A DNA stretch of 64,000 nucleotides, taken from positions 558,001 through 622,000 of the forward strand of contig OZ024763.1 of the NCBI GenBank assembly GCA_964016885.1, given 5' to 3'. A program made the translations under genes and the position numbers. This DNA comes from Eledone cirrhosa (Eukaryota). Each line of letters begins with the position of its first letter. Position 1 is the stretch's first letter. Under the pieces are notes generated by a model. The model did not search any database, was not told the DNA's origin, and saw only the letters and a program-made list of their open reading frames with translations. Shown here in pieces: positions 42,966 through 58,559 of this stretch.

Positions 42966-44139
42966 ATTTTAATAACACTAATGGTACCAATGACGATGTT
43001 TTCTGTGGTTGTGTAGAGTTCTTCTAAGTAGATTAAACCATTGCTATCAATTTATTCTATTGAAAGTGTTGGACCAATTCCTTGTGGAGTCTTTTCTGGT
43101 TTAATGTAGTTTTATACGGTTTAATAACTTGCTAAATGATGTCCTCTTTTCTACTGGTTTATCACTGTTGTGGTGTGGTGTGGTGTGGTGTGGTGTGGTG
43201 TGGTGTGTTGTGTTGTGTTGTGTTGTGTGGTGTGGTGTGGTGGTGTGGTGTGCTGGTGTGGTGTGCTGGTGTGGCTGTGTGTGTATATGGATGTGTTGTG
43301 TGTGTATATGGATGTGTTGTGTGGTGTTGTGTGGTGTGGTTATGTGTGTATATCTGTGTGTTGTGTTGTGTATGGTGGTGTGGTGTTGTGTGGTGGTGTG
43401 GTGTGTTGTGTAGTGGTGTGGTGTGTTGTGTAGTGTGTGGTGTGGTGGTGTGTGGTGTGGTTTTGTATATGTTGTATGTATTGTAGTGACTTATCACTAG
43501 TATGTATACGTGTTGTGGGTGTTGTATGTGTGTGTGTGTGTAAGCGTGTGTTTGTGTGTGTTGTATACGTGTATAAGTCTGTATGTGTAGGCGTGTGTTT
43601 TGTGTATGTGTGTAGAGACAGTATGAGTGTAGAGACAGTATTGGGTCAAATTGACCTTTTAAGTCCTGTCGATGGCATCGCAACCTCCCTAGTGCTGGTG
43701 CCATGATGAAATACACCTGGTACACTCTGTAAAGTAATTAGCAAACTAGTAGAGACAGCGGGAGATCAAAAGGACTTTTTAGTCCTGTCAAGAACGTTAG
43801 AAGCTCTCTAGTGTTGGTGTCGTAATAAAATACACCCAGTACACTCTGTAAAGTAACTAGCGAACTAGTTAATACAACAGAGTGCCCAAAAAACTTTTAG
43901 TCCTACCAAAGACATAAGAAGCTCTGTAATGCTGGTACCATAATGAAAAAACACTCCCCAATCACTACAGCTACGGCCACACTCCCCCTTCCCACACCAC
44001 TACAGCTGGACACCCCTTCTTCACACCACAACGGCCACACTGCCCCTCCACCACCACCCCTACGGCCACACTGCCCCCCCCCCCCGCCTCGCCACCACCA
44101 CTATGGCCACACTTCAAACTGTTGTTGACCACACTCCAC

Positions 44140-44580
44140 CACCACCACCACTACGACCACACTATCCCTCCCCACCGCCACTACGGCCACACTATCCCTC
44201 CCCACCGCCACTACGGCCACACTATCCCTCCCCACCGCCACTACAACCACACTATCCCTCGCCACCGCCACTACGGCCACACTATCCCTCCCCACCGCCA
44301 CTACGGCCACACTACCACCCCACCACCGCCACTACGGCCACACTATCCCTCCCCACCACCACTACGGCCACACTATCCCTCCCCACCGCCACTACGGCCA
44401 CACTATCCCTCCCCACCACCACTACGGCCACACTACCTCCCCACCGCCACTACGACCACACTATCCCTCCCCACCGCCACTACGGCCACACTACCTCCCC
44501 ACCGCCACTACGGCCACACTATCCCTCCCCACCGCCACTACAGCCACACTACCTCCCCACCACCGCCACTACGGCCACAC
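44140..44580 (+). repeat. ~30-bp minisatellite (CCACCGCCACTACGGCCACACTATCCCTCC)
   Basis: Direct tandem units. Confidence 0.92.
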
Positions 44581-45789
44581 TTCACTCCGTTGTTGACCAC
44601 ACACATCAGCCAGTTATTTATATAATTAATTTCTTTTCATGGAACAACTGTTTTCTCTCACCGCTCTGACCGCCGCCTGTCCGCCTCTCTGTCTGTCTGT
44701 CCTCCTTCCCCTACCTCCTCGCCACCTGACCACAGCCCTGCCCTGTCCACTCGTCTTTCCTAACCCCACCCTCTCCACTACAACAGATCCAACCACTTGG
44801 AAAAAAAAGGAAGAGAGTGCTCAGCAAGTGATCTTTGACAAAAACCCTCGCCGCGCCATTGTCGCTGCTAAGCTGGCTTGAAATCGTACAACTCTCTCTC
44901 TTTCTCTCTCTGTCACTCTCACCCTCTCTCTCTGTCACTCTCACCCTCTGTCTCTGTCTCTGTCACTCTCACCCTCTGTCTCTGTCTCTCTACTTATATC
45001 AATGTCTTCTTTCTCTGTCCGCCCCTCTCTCTCCGTCCTTCTCTCTCTCTGACCCCCTCTCTCCGTCCCTATCTCTCTCTGACCCCCTCTCTCCGTCCCT
45101 CTCTCTCTCTGACCCCCTCTCTCCGTCCCTCTCTCTCTGACCCCCTCTCTCCGTCCCTCTCTCTCTGACCCCCTCTCTCCGCCCCTCTCTCTCTCCGTCC
45201 CTCTCTCTCCGTCCTTCTCTTTCTCCGTCCCTCTCTCTCTCTGACCCCCCCTCTCTCTGACTCCCTCTCTCCGTCCCCCTCTCTCTCTGACCCCCTCTCT
45301 CCGTCCCTCTCTCTCTCTGACCCCCTCTCTCCGTCCCTCTCTCTGACCCCCTCTCTCTCTCCGTCCCTCTCTCTCTCCGTCCCTCTCTCTCTCCGTCCCT
45401 CTCTCTCTCTGACCCCCTCTCTCCGTCCACAATCTCTCATCTTTTCTTACTCTATCTATGTCCACTATCTCTCTCCCTTTCTCTCTCTGTCCACTATCTC
45501 TTTCCCTCCCTATCTCTCTCTCTCTCTACACACACACACACTCTTATATATATATATATATACACGTGTATAAACACACCCCTGTTGTGTCCCTGTCAAT
45601 TTTCTGTTTCCACACAAACACATGTCTTTCTAGCGTCTCCGATCCGATCACCAACAACCACCACCGCTACACACTACATCCCCACACCACACCACCACCA
45701 CCACCACTACAACATCTCCTCTCCCCACACCACCACCACCACTACAACATCTCCTCTCCCCACACCACCACCACCACCACCACCACTAT

Positions 45790-46315
45790 AAGATAACCCT
45801 CTCTCCCACCATTACAAGATCACCCCCACCACTACAAGACCCCCCCACTACAAGATCCCCCCTCCCCCTACAAAATCACCCTCTCCTCTCCACCACCACT
45901 ACAAAATCACCCTCTCTCCCCCACCACCACCACTACAGAATCACCCTCTCTCCTCTCCACCACCACTACAAGATCACCCCTCCCATACACCACCACCACT
46001 ACAAGATCACCCCACCACCACCACAAGATCACCCTCTCTCCCCCACCACCACCACCACTACAAGATCACCCTCTCTCCCCCACCACCACCACCACTACAA
46101 GATCACCCCACCACCACCACAAGATCACCCCCCCCCACCACAAGATCACCCTCTCTCCCCCACCACCACCACCACTACAAGATCACCCTCTCTCCCCCAC
46201 CACCACCACCACTACAAGATCACCCCCCCAACCACCACCACTACAAGATCACCCTCTCTCCCCCACCACCACCACCACCACAAGATCACCCTCTCTCCCC
46301 ATCACTACCACCACT
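45790..46315 (+). repeat. Minisatellite (CCACCACTACAAGATCACCCTCTCTCCC)
   Basis: Direct tandem units with variable (CCA)n. Confidence 0.88.
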
Positions 46316-47130
46316 ACCAGTAACAGACTACCCCCTCCACCAGAGATACTCCCAACTGTCCAAGATACATTCTCTCCTCTAAACTTCCGCCCAGCTCCAC
46401 TCTTCTGTAATTGAGTCTCATTCTCTCCCTTTCTTGCTTTCTCTCCTTCTCACTTGATAGCTTTATTTCTCTTTTTCCATCCATCTCTCCCTCTCTTTCT
46501 CCATCTCTCTCGCTCTCTCTCTCCATCTCTCTCGCTCTCTTTCTTTCTCCATCTCTCTCGCTCTCTCTCCATCTCTCTCGCTCTCTCTCCATCTCTCTCG
46601 CTCTCTCTCCATCTCTCTTGCTCTCTCTCCATCTCTCTCGCTCTCTTTCCTTCTCCATCTCTCTTGCTCTCTCTTCATCTCTCTCGCTCTCTTTCCTTCT
46701 CCATCTCTCTCGCTCCTTCTCCCGTGCTCTCTCTCTCCCGTGCTCTCTCTCCCACTCTCCGCTCTTGCTCTCTCTTTCTTTCTCTCTCTCTCCTTTTGCT
46801 CTCTCGCCTTCTCCCTTACCCGCTCTATTTCTCTCCTCTCTTGCTTGTTCTATCTCTCTCGTTCTCTCTATCTCTCCTCTCTCCTCTTTCTCTCTGGTTG
46901 TCACATTCAGTTTTAGTGCAGCAGCAGTAACAACAACAACAACAGCAGCACCCATTGCCTTTTGTTGCCACCAGCAACAACGCCCCTCCCTCCCTCTCTC
47001 ACTCTTACTGTCTTCCACTTTGGCTTTTTTCTCTGATTTTCTCTCTCTCTTCGTCTCTATTTCTCTTACTTTCGATTTCTCTCTATATCTTTCTTAGTTT
47101 TGTTCTCTCTCTATATATCTCTTAGTTTTG

Positions 47131-47172
<42 letters not shown>

Positions 47173-47809
47173 GTTTTGTTCTCTCTCTCTATCTCTCTTC
47201 GTTCTCTCTCTCTCTTCGTTTCGTTCTCCCTCTATCTCTCTCTCTTCTCTTCATTTCGTTCTCTCTCTCCTAAGACAGTTAATTACTTCAGAATCCTTTA
47301 CGGCTGATTTGATACACAAGAAGAAATCACCATCACCACTTCCGCCACCACTAACATCTCCACCACCGCCACCACTAACATCTCCACCACCGCCACCACT
47401 AACATCTCCACCACCGCCACCACTAACATCTCCACCACCGCCACCACTAACATCTCCACCACCGCCACCATCATCACTACCTTCGCCACTACCACCACTA
47501 CTACTACCACCATTACTACTACTACCACCACTACCGTTACCACTACTATTACCACCACCACTACTACTGCTACCACCACAACTACACCCACCACTACTGC
47601 TACTACTACTACCACCACCACCACCACCACCACTACTACCACCACCACCACTACCACCACCACCACCACCACCACTACTACCACCACCAGCACTACCACC
47701 ACCACTACCACCACCACCACCACCACCACCACCACTACCACCACCACTACTACTATTACTTCTACTTCCTGTTCCAACTTTTTTTTATCACTCTACTATT
47801 TCAACCCCT

Positions 47810-49150
47810 CTCACTCTCCACCTGTACTCTCTCTCACTCTCCACCTGTACTCTCTCTCACTCTCCACCTGTACTCTCTCTCACTCTCCACCTGTACTCTC
47901 TCTCACTCTCCACCTGTACTCTCTCTCACTCTCCACCTGTACTCTCTCTCTCACTCTCCACCTGTACTCTCTCTCACTCTCCACCTGTACTCTCTCTCTC
48001 ACTCTCCACCTGTACTCTCTCTCACTCTCCACCTGTATTCTCTCTCTCACTCTCCACCTCTCTCACTCTCCACCTGTACTCTCTCTCACTCTCCACCTGT
48101 ATTCTCTCTCTCTCTCACTCTCCACCTCTCTCACTCTCCACCTGTACTCTCTCTCACTCTCCACTTGTACTCTCACTCTCCACCTGTACTCTCTCTCACT
48201 CTCCACCTGTACTCTCTCACTCTCCACCTGTACTCTCTCTCACTCTCCACCTGTACTCTCTCTCACTCTCCACCTGTACTCTCTCTCTCACTCTCCACCT
48301 GTACTCTCTCTCTCACTCTCCACCTGTACTCTCTCTCTCACTCTCCACCTGTACTCTCTCTCTCACTCTCCACCTGTACTCTCTCTCTCACTCTCCACCT
48401 GTACTCTCTCTCACTCTCCACCTGTACTCTCTCTCACTCTCCACCTGTACTCTCTCTCACTCTCCACCTGTACTCTCTCTCTCACTCTCCACCTGTACTC
48501 TCTCTCACTCTCCACCTGTACTCTCTCTCTCACTCTCCACCTGTACTCTCTCTCACTCTCCACCTGTATTCTCTCTCTCTCTCACTCTCCACCTCTCTCA
48601 CTCTCCACCTGTACTCTCTCTCACTCTCCACCTGTATTCTCTCTCTCTCTCACTCTCCACCTCTCTCACTCTCCACCTGTACTCTCACTCTCCACCTGTA
48701 CTCTCTCTCACTCTCCACTTGTACTCTCACTCTCCACCTGTACTCTCTCTCACTCTCCACCTGTACTCTCTCACTCTCCACCTGTACTCTCTCTCACTCT
48801 CCACCTGTATTCTCTCTCACTCTCCACCTGTACTCTCTCTCACTCTCCACCTGTACTCTCTCTCTCACTCTCCACCTGTACTCACCCTTCTCTCTCCCAC
48901 TCTCCACCTGTACTCACCCTTCTCTCTCCCACTCTCCACCTGTACTCACCCTTCTCTCTCTCCCACTCTCCACCTGTACTCTCTCTCACTCTCCACCTGT
49001 ACTCCCTCTCTCCCACTCTCCACCTGTACTCACCCTTCTCTCTCTCCCACTCTCCACCTGTACTCTCTCTCACTCTCCACCTGTACTCCCTCTCTCCCAC
49101 TCTCCACCTGTACTCACCCTTCTCTCTCTCCCACTCTCCACCTGTACTCA
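47810..49150 (+). repeat. ~23-25-bp minisatellite (CTCTCACTCTCCACCTGTACT)
   Basis: Direct tandem units with variable (CT)n. Confidence 0.95.
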
Positions 49151-50027
49151 CCCCTCTCTCTCTCTCCCCTCCTCACCATCTGAGTTCACTCCTCTCTCTA
49201 TCTGTCTCTCTTCTGATGTTTTTTGGCGGGGTTACATAATTTTGTGTCTGAAGTTGTGTGGTGAGGTGTAAGGTAGATCGATAGTATCGATTTAGCCCAG
49301 TACTTGACTGCTGTCGTATTGTATTATTGTAGCTCTATCTATCCATCAATCAGTTAGTCAGTTGTCCACGCGATCTATCAATCAATCAGTCAGTTAATCG
49401 ATCGATCTATCAGTCAGTCAGTTAATCGATCGATTGATCTATCTGTCAATCGATTAGTTGGTTAATCGATCGATTTATCAATCAGTCAAGTCAGTTAATC
49501 GATCGATCGATTGATCTGTCAACCAATCAAGTTGCTGTAACTGGTACAGCCTGTTGTTGGGGTGACATTTGACTGTGTGTCGATCAGGGTATTTCATTGG
49601 GTCGTAGAAATACATGTCGGTACCCATTTCCTCCCCAAGTACCCAGTCCTTCATTAAGGTTAGCCCATGCTACCCCATAATTAGTTCTCGGGCTGTGACT
49701 GAAAAAAATATCCCCGGGGCCAAAGATGTGGGTCAGACACCCGGAAGTATGAAAAGAAACGTCTGCAAGATCTACAACAGCATCTACCTTTGTTATGTTC
49801 GAAAGGGGCCCAAATCCACATAATTTAACGTCAATTTGTAGCTGGGTTGTCAGGTTGTGAGTACAGGCAGGTCAGCAGAGCATGTCTTGCTCATAGGTTC
49901 CGTTCAACGCTTGGATTTCTACGGCTGTGCGCCTTTCGTAATGCCAACAACTTTACAGAGTGTACTGGGTGTATTTTTTTGTCATGACATCAGCACTAAC
50001 TTCTTTACAGGGTGGACTAAAATACTA

Positions 50028-50062
<35 letters not shown>

Positions 50063-50152
50063 TACCTACACACACATATATACATACACATACGTATGCA
50101 TACGTACACACACACACACACACACACGCATATACATATACATATCTCCCCT

Positions 50153-50227
<75 letters not shown>

Positions 50228-50283
50228 CTATCTAATATATATATATATACAGGGTGGACTAAAATACTATCTAATATATATAA

Positions 50284-50349
<66 letters not shown>

Positions 50350-50375
50350 CTATATATATATATATATATATATAA

Positions 50376-50509
<134 letters not shown>

Positions 50510-50535
50510 CTATATATATATATATATATATATAA

Positions 50536-50661
<126 letters not shown>

Positions 50662-50750
50662 TATATATATATATATATATCTAATATATATATATACAGG
50701 GTGGACTAAAATACTATCTAATACATATATAATACTATATAATATATATT

Positions 50751-50796
<46 letters not shown>

Positions 50797-50888
50797 CGTG
50801 TGTGTGTGCATATATAAATATATATATTAGATAGTATTTTAACAATGAAAACAATAACAAAGTCAAGTTATTTTACCTATTCATTTCA

Positions 50889-51027
50889 TAGTTTTACGAT
50901 CGTTTCGGAGGGTTGATCATATTGACATATTGTCTGATCTATAGCAGTTATAGAACTGTATACTATCAGACCTCGTGTATAGGTTCGATCATATATATAA
51001 AATCACCAGACTTTTCGTCAGGTACTA
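50889..51027 (-). ncRNA. Degenerate long-stem-II hammerhead, same architecture as 19373-19504
   Basis: Reverse strand CTGACGA ...~105 nt with GTCTGAT/ATCAGAC and CAGTT/AACTG hairpin... GAAAC-GATC-GTA^AAAC. Confidence 0.55.
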
Positions 51028-51309
51028 GACCGTTTCCGTCCCCCCACGTATACATAAGCTATGATGATGATGGTGGTGGTGGTGGTGATGGTGATACTGA
51101 TGTTAGTGATGGTTATGATAATGATGATAATGGTGATGATACCGATGATGCTGATGATGGTGGTAGTGGTGATGTTGATGGTGATGATACTGATGACGAT
51201 GATGTTGATAATATTGATGCAGTTTGTGTTGATGGTGGGGATGTTGGACGTGAGGATAATGTTAGTTTTAGTGATCATAGATCCGTTTAAAGAGGGTTGA
51301 CTTGGGGCT

Positions 51310-53000
51310 AAACAACAACTGTAACAACACCAACAACAACACCAATACCACCACGAACACCAACAACAACACCAACACCACCAACACCACCACCACCAAC
51401 AACAACAACACCACCAACAACAACAACACCACCAACAACAACTGTAACAACAATAAGAACTGTAACAACAACAGCAACTATAACAACAACAACACCAACA
51501 CCACCAACAACAACAACACCACCACCAACAACAACACCACCACCAACAACAACTGTAACAACAATAAGAACTGTAACAACAACAGCAACTATAACAACAA
51601 CAACACCAACACCACCAACAACAACACCACCACCAACAACAACTGTAACAACAATAAGAACTGTAACAACAACAGCAACTATAACAACACCAACAACACC
51701 ACCATCACCACCACCAACAACAACAACATCACCACCAACAACAACAACAACTATAACAGCACCGACACCACCAACACCAACACCACCACCACCACCACCA
51801 CCAACAACAACACCACCACCACCAACAACAACAACAACTATAACAACACCACCAACACCAACACCACCAACACCAACACCACCACCACCAACAACAACAT
51901 CACCACCAACAACAGCAACTATAGCTATAACAACACTAACGACACCACCAACAACAACACCAACACCACCACCACCACCAACAACAACTGTAACAACAAC
52001 AGCAACTATAGCTATAACAACACTAACGACACCACCAACAACAACACCAACACCACCACCACCACCAACAACAACTGTAACAACAACAGCAACTATAGCT
52101 ATAACAACACTAACGACAACAGCTACAACAACACCAACACCACCACCACCACCAACAACAACTGTAACAACAACAGCAACTATAGCTATAACAACACTAA
52201 CGACACCACCAACAACAACACCAACACCACCACCACCAACAACAACAACTGTAACAACAACAGCAACTATAGCTATAACAACACTAACAACACCACCAAC
52301 AACAACACCAACACCACCACCACCACCAACAACAACTGTAACAACAACAGCAACTATAGCTATAACAACACTAACGACACCACCAACAACAACACCAACA
52401 CCACCACCACCACCAACAACTGTAACAACAACAGCAACTATAGCTATAACAACACTAACAACACCACCAACAACAACACCAACACCACCACCACCACCAA
52501 CAACAACTGTAACAACAACAGCAACTATAGCTATAACAACACTAACGACACCACCAACAACAACACCAACACCACCACCACCACCAACAACAACTGTAAC
52601 AACAACAGCAACTATAGCTATAACAACACTAACGACACCACCAACAACAACACCAACACCACCACCACCAACAACAACAACTGTAACAACAACAGCAACT
52701 ATAGCTATAACAACACTAACAACACCACCAACAACAACACCAACACCACCACCACCACCAACAACAACTGTAACAACAACAGCAACTATAGCTATAACAA
52801 CACTAACGACACCACCAACAACAACACCAACACCACCACCACCACCAACAACAACTGTAACAACAACAGCAACTATAGCTATAACAACACTAACAACACC
52901 ACCAACAACAACACCAACACCACCACCACCACCAACAACAACTGTAACAACAACAGCAACTATAGCTATAACAACACTAACAACACCAGCTACAACGACC
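51310..53000 (+). repeat. (AAC/ACC)n array with 87-bp higher-order unit from ~51900
   Basis: AGCAACTATAGCTATAAC anchors at 52001, 52088, 52175. Confidence 0.92.
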
Positions 53001-53644
53001 ATTAAGACTTTGATCTACGTTAGTTTGAATCTAGGATATTAAGTACTCCCTTGTGTGTGTTTATATGTGTGAGAGAGAGTGTGTTTGTGAGAGAGGGGGT
53101 GAGAGATAGAGAGAGTGCCTGTGTGTGATACAGGGGGTAAGAACGTGTGTGTGTGAGAGAGAAAGAGTGTATCAGTGAGAGAGAGAAAGAGAGTGTGTGT
53201 GAGAGAGAGAGAGAGTGTGGTGTGATAGAGGGGGTGAGAGATAGAGAGAGTGCCTGTGTGTGATACAGGGGGTAAGAACGTGTGTGTGGGAGAGAGAAAG
53301 AGAGTGTGTGTATTTGAGAGAGACAGAAAGAGTATATATGTACGTGAGAGAGAGTTAGAGATGGAGAGAGTGCCTGTGTGTGATAGAGGGGTTCAGAATG
53401 TGAGAGATAGATAGAGAGTGCCTGTGTATAGAGAGAGAGAGAGATAGAAGGATGAGTCTGTGTATGTTTGGGTGTCAGTGTTTCTTCTTTTCAGTTTGTA
53501 AGACGTGTGTGTGTGTGTGTGTGATTGTATTTATAAGACAGTATGTGTGTGTATGTCTATGTGTGTATGTTTGTATTTGTAAGACAGCATGTGTGTATGT
53601 TTGTGTTTGCATGTGTGTGTCTACACATATATATATATATGTAT

Positions 53645-54060
53645 AATTGTTTCTACTTTAGGCACAAGGCCAGCAAGAACCCAGTGCATTACTGGTACTT
53701 TATTTTATCGATCCCGTAAGGATGAAAGGCAAAGTCAACCTCGGCGGGATTTGAACTCAGATCGTAAAGGGACGTAACTATGCTGGAAAGCATGGCGTCC
53801 GACCCTCTACCGATACTGCCAATCCACCTCCTATATATATGTATAATAAGGAGTTGACAGACCCAGCATATTTATCAATGACACGACCGCCCACTGGCTG
53901 GGCGGGCAGGCCGGTACTCATTTCTACAGCTGAGTAAACTGGAGCAACGTGAAATAAAGTGTCTTGCTCAAGGAAACAACGCATCACCCGGTTCGAGAAT
54001 TGAACTCAACCTTTCGATTGCAAGCCCAATGCTTTAACCACTAAGAGCATGCGCCTTCAC
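53645..54060 (-). mobile_element. Family 1 SINE (53645-53830) and family 2 SINE (53850-54060)
   Basis: Reverse-strand A/B boxes and cores as above. Confidence 0.85.
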
Positions 54061-54075
54061 ATGTGTATATATATG

Positions 54076-54111
<36 letters not shown>

Positions 54112-54114
54112 ATA

Positions 54115-54147
<33 letters not shown>

Positions 54148-54148
<1 letters not shown>

Positions 54149-54244
54149 CAAAGGAATTGTGGTAAGGAACCAAATGGACCATAACGCACCAGAGTACTCA
54201 ATACTTAAGGTAGTAGAGCTCTGCCGTCGAGGGTCATACTTTTT

Positions 54245-54248
<4 letters not shown>
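54148..54248 (-). mobile_element. Family C copy, internally deleted
   Basis: Same terminal blocks joined at GTAGAG/CTCTGCC. Confidence 0.7.
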
Positions 54249-54292
<44 letters not shown>

Positions 54293-54323
54293 CGTATATA
54301 TATATATATATATCTGTGTGTGC

Positions 54324-54371
<48 letters not shown>

Positions 54372-54490
54372 GTGTGTGTGTGTATATATATATGTGTGTG
54401 TGTGTATATATATAGATGTATATGCGTGTGTATATATATATGTGTGTGTATATATATATCTGTGTGTGTATATATATATATATATGTGTG

Positions 54491-54528
<38 letters not shown>

Positions 54529-55382
54529 TATATATATATATATATAGCAGAGTATAATATACACACACACACGTGTGTATATGTGACAGCTGGTGCTATG
54601 TTTAACATAATATCTCTACGAGCCAGTCTTGTGTCACAGCCTGGGTTAATCTCAACACACATTACAACAATATCAAACAGTCCACCGTTTCCACCTCTTC
54701 AATATAATTCTATTCTCTTACTAAATCAATTAACTAACAAATCTTTATCTCTCTCTCACTCTCTGTCGGTGTCTCTCTTTCTCTGTCTGTCTCTCTGTCT
54801 CTCTGTCGGTGTCTCTCTTTCTCTGTCTGTCTCTCTCTCTGTCTGTCTGTCTGTCTCTGTGTCCCTCTGTCGGTGTGTCTGTGGGGGTTCTATAGATGTG
54901 TTCTGCATACACACACACACACACTCACACACACTACTCACATCTACACACAGAAAACACATATACACATATACACACCACTCATCACACACACATATAT
55001 ACACTACACACACACTAAATACATATACACTCACACACACACACTCACACACTCACCTCACATATACACACAGAAGACACATATACACACCACTCATCAC
55101 ACACATATATACACTACACACACTAAATACATATACACACACACACTACACTGATATATATACATATATATATATATACCCCCCCCCCTATATATATATA
55201 AGGAATGTAACGTCAAGATATTGTAGGTTCACCCGAGTGAGAACTCGATGTTTAGAGTCGGGCTAGATCGAACTTGGAACGGATTAATAGCGAAACGCGC
55301 GTAAACTAAATAAACGGATTGGAGACATAACAAATCGTTCTTTTTATTATTAAAAAATTGGAAGTGAGGCTGCAAAAATAAC

Positions 55383-55565
55383 TGTTTCTACTTTAAGCAC
55401 AAGGCCAGCAAATACCCAGTGCATTACTGGTACTTTATTTTATCGACCCTGTAAGGATGAAAGGCAAAGTTGACCTCGGCGGGATTTGAACTCAGATCGT
55501 AAAGGGACGTAACTATGCTGGAAAGCATGGCGTCCGACCCTCTACCGATACTGCCAATCCACCGC
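55383..55565 (-). mobile_element. Family 1 SINE with target-site duplication
   Basis: Full copy flanked by direct repeat CTGCAAAAATAAC (55370-55382 and 55568-55580). Confidence 0.88.
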
Positions 55566-55652
55566 TCCTGCAAAAATAACGTTATTTTCCCAGCCCCACT
55601 TACAATTTTTAACAGATTTTAAATCTCATTTCATATTTTCTATCGATAACAT

Positions 55653-55720
55653 CTCTCTCTGATGACCGATCCAGACATTTATTAACATTGTCTGGGATCC
55701 AGAAACCTTTGGTAGTGGAG
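55653..55720 (+). ncRNA. Hammerhead motif (family D; second copy 24354-24416)
   Basis: CTGATGA-cc-GATC-CAGACA...TGTCTG-g-GATC-ca-GAA-ACC ttt GGT-A^GTGGAG; shared tail GGAGTAGTTATAT.TTGTGTTGTTCACTTTCTAATT then (TA)n. Confidence 0.62.
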
Positions 55721-55755
55721 TAGTTATATTTTGTGTTGTTCACTTTCTAATTATA

Positions 55756-56791
<1,036 letters not shown>

Positions 56792-56849
56792 TTAGTTATG
56801 TAATAAACAACATAAGATTATTATTTCATTTACCAAATGCTTTGATGTA

Positions 56850-56988
56850 TAGAGTTACGGCCCTTGCCATTCTGAGTTCAAATCCCGCCAAAGTTAACTT
56901 TGCCTTTCATTCTTACGGGGTCGATAAAATAAAGTACCAGTAATGCACTGGATTATTCCTGGCCTTGTGCCTAACGTAGAAACAATTA
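56850..56988 (+). mobile_element. Family 1 SINE nested in a hammerhead element
   Basis: Flanked by duplicated TTATTTCATTTACCAAA. Confidence 0.8.
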
Positions 56989-57004
56989 TTTCATTTACCA
57001 AAGG

Positions 57005-57075
57005 TTTCATTTTGACGAGCGAAGTCAGACGTCTGCGCCAGCTCTCTGTCTTCGTGAAACCTTTGGTAAATGAAA
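57005..57075 (+). ncRNA. Hammerhead motif (C3 to U variant) in an inverted-end element at 56790-57100 interrupted by a SINE
   Basis: TTTCATT-TTGACGA-GCGAAG...CTTCGT-GAA-ACC ttt GGT-A^AATGAAA; 7-bp stem I. Confidence 0.65.
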
Positions 57076-57171
57076 TAATTATCTTATGTTGTTTATTACT
57101 TAACGAAAAAGCTCTGTAGTCTACATAGAGCACTCTCTTTTCCTTTACCTCTACCTTGCCTACGGAAACAC

Positions 57172-57213
<42 letters not shown>

Positions 57214-57515
57214 ACACACACACGCTAAACTATATACACAGAATGTGTATATAGTGTAGCGTGTGATACCGTAACTCCACAATACAAGTAGCTTTAAATA
57301 AGAACCTACATCAAGCCAGAACATGTTTGTATGTTGTCAACTTCTTACAATTGATTTTAACGTCTGTTTGTTTATGGACTCGTGTGTGTGTGTGTGTATG
57401 TATGTCTGTCTGTGTGTGTGTTTGCATGTCTGTCATTGTGTCTGTCTGTGTGTGTGTAAGTGTGTCTGTGTCTGTTTGCGTGTCTGTCAGCCTGTTTGTG
57501 TGTATGTCTGTCTGT

Positions 57516-57558
<43 letters not shown>

Positions 57559-57995
57559 TGTGTCTGTTTGCGTGTCTGTCAGCCTGTTTGTGTGTATGTC
57601 TGTCTGTCAGTGTGTGTGTGTGTGTGTGTGTGTGTCTGTGTCTGTTTGCGTGTCTGTCAGCCTGTTTGTGTGTATGTCTGTCTGTCAGTGTGTGTGTGTG
57701 TGTGTGTCTATCTGTCTGTTTGCGTGTCTGTCAGCCTGTTTGTGTGTATGTCTGTCTGTCAGTGTGTGTGTGTGTGTGTGTGTCTGTGTCTGTTTGCGTG
57801 TCTGTCAGCCTGTTTGTGTGTATGTCTGTCTGTCAGTGTGTGTGTGTGTGTGTGTGTCTGTCTGTCTGTCTGTTTGTATGTATGCGTGTCTGTCAGTGTG
57901 TGTATGTGTCTATCTGTCTGTCTGTCTGTTTGTATGTATGCGTGTCTGTCAGTCTGTGTGTGTGTGTGTCTATGTGTCTGTCTGTTTGCGTGTCT

Positions 57996-58031
<36 letters not shown>

Positions 58032-58061
58032 ATCTGTCTATCTGTCAGTGTATGTCTGTCA

Positions 58062-58092
<31 letters not shown>

Positions 58093-58540
58093 CATATCAC
58101 ATGCTAGAATCGTCGCTTGCAAAGTCAAAAAGGAACAACAAACGCGGAGAACAATAACAATAAAGTATTATTTTGCCTTTTATCCTTACGGGGTCGATAA
58201 AATAAAGTACCAGTAATTTACTGGGTATTTGCTTGACTTGTGTCAAAAGTAGAAACAATTATTAGTTTAACGTTTATGTGGAATAGAAAAACTGTGTTCA
58301 ACGTATCGGGCGTTAGTCCTTCGTCGGGACAGAGAAGAAGTAGAAAGAGGGAGGAGAAAAGGAAACGGAGAAGATTCATGAGGAGCGGTTCGAATAAACA
58401 GTAATTTTAAGGGTGGGGTTTGTTTTTAGTCCTGCATGTACCCCTTTTTCCTTTTTTTCTTTTTCTTTTTCATCTGTGTAGTGATTAACTTACGGTGATC
58501 TCTCCACCTGGTGTCAATAAAATAAAATAAAAGTCTATCC

Positions 58541-58559
58541 CAGCGCCATCTCCTGGCCG
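58541..58559 (-). promoter_or_regulatory. Candidate CTCF binding site
   Basis: Reverse strand CGGCCAGGAGATGGCGCTG vs consensus CCASYAGRKGGCRS (one mismatch), in a non-repetitive CpG-containing island. Confidence 0.5.

Noticed and set aside
46314-47018. RE-dipeptide-rich ORF suggesting the RE repeats of RERE
   Set aside because: On the opposite strand to the RERE exon and simply the translation of (GA)n microsatellite.
51302-53005. 567-aa N/T-rich mucin-like ORF
   Set aside because: (AAC/ACC)n array open on both strands; no non-repetitive domain.
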